From: Macrostomum lignano
Lineage: Eukaryota
DNA: 64,000 nt
Direction of reading: 5' to 3'
Assembly (NCBI GenBank): GCA_002269645.1
Contig: NIVC01000596.1
Coordinates: forward strand, 177,239 to 241,238
In this document: in pieces, positions 63,520 through 64,000 of the stretch
Numbering within the stretch: position 1 is the first letter of the stretch
Layout of the letters: each line of letters opens with the position of its first letter
Program-made: the position numbers and the translations under genes
Notes under the pieces: generated by a model
The model's input: only the letters and a program-made list of their open reading frames with translations
Databases searched by the model: none
Told to the model about the DNA's origin: nothing

Positions 63520-64000
63520 TGGAATCTAGAGACTGACAATCTAGAGACTGGCTTTAGAATCTAGAGACTGGCTTGGAATCTAGATACTGACACTGGAATC
63601 TAGAGACTGGCTTTGGAATCTAGAGACTGACACTGGAATCCTAGAGACTGACACTTGGAATCTAGAGACTGGCTTTGAATCTAGAGACTGACACTGGAAT
63701 CTAGAGACTGGCTTTGAAATCTAGAGACTGACACTGGAATCTAGAGACTGGCTTTGAAATTAGAAGACTGGCTTTGGAATCTAGAGACTGACAATCTAGA
63801 GACTGGCTTTGGAATCTAGAGACTGGCTTTAGAATCTAGAGACTGACACTGGAATCTAGAGACTGGCTTTGGAATCTAGGATGACAATCTAGAGACTGGC
63901 TTTGGAATCTAGAGACTGACAATCTAGAGACTGGCTTTGGAATCTAGACTGGCTTAGAATCTAGATACTGAGACTGGGAATCTAGAGACTGGCTTTGGAA
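63520..64000. repeat. 20-bp alternating minisatellite upstream of SEC23, running off the window
   Basis: ggaatctagagactggcttt / ggaatctagagactgacact with irregular indels. Confidence 0.93.

Overview
AT-rich eukaryotic (animal) genomic DNA with GC-rich exons and spliceosomal introns. The style resembles a free-living flatworm such as Macrostomum, which is inferred from composition and repeat style and not confirmed. Genes assembled by hand from splice sites and reading-frame phase: 3' end of PSMC5/Rpt6 (+); a 7-exon CAMK-group Ser/Thr kinase (-); endophilin-A (+); a secreted protein with an ALK/LTK-type glycine-rich domain (-) plus an inverted partial paralog; a compact Nopp140/NOLC1 (-); a TSC22/bunched-like long isoform (-); intronless ALG6, TRMT61A and HSF (-); and SEC23 (-), whose 5' exons are frameshifted. 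Most large introns are filled by their own distinct mini- or microsatellite, so most long ORFs in the supplied track are repeat artefacts. The window also holds several MITEs with TIRs and TSDs (hAT-, MULE- and mariner-like), a Merlin/IS1595 transposase relic and two tRNA-derived SINE families. Best candidates for new biology: (1) a co-oriented SEC23-HSF-TRMT61A-ALG6 cluster with gaps under 1 kb and a splice acceptor just before each ATG, a candidate trans-spliced operon; (2) the stand-alone secreted ALK-like glycine-rich protein and its inverted cassette with a 109-bp identical tract; (3) a duplicated endophilin exon whose two copies appear to have decayed in complementary halves.
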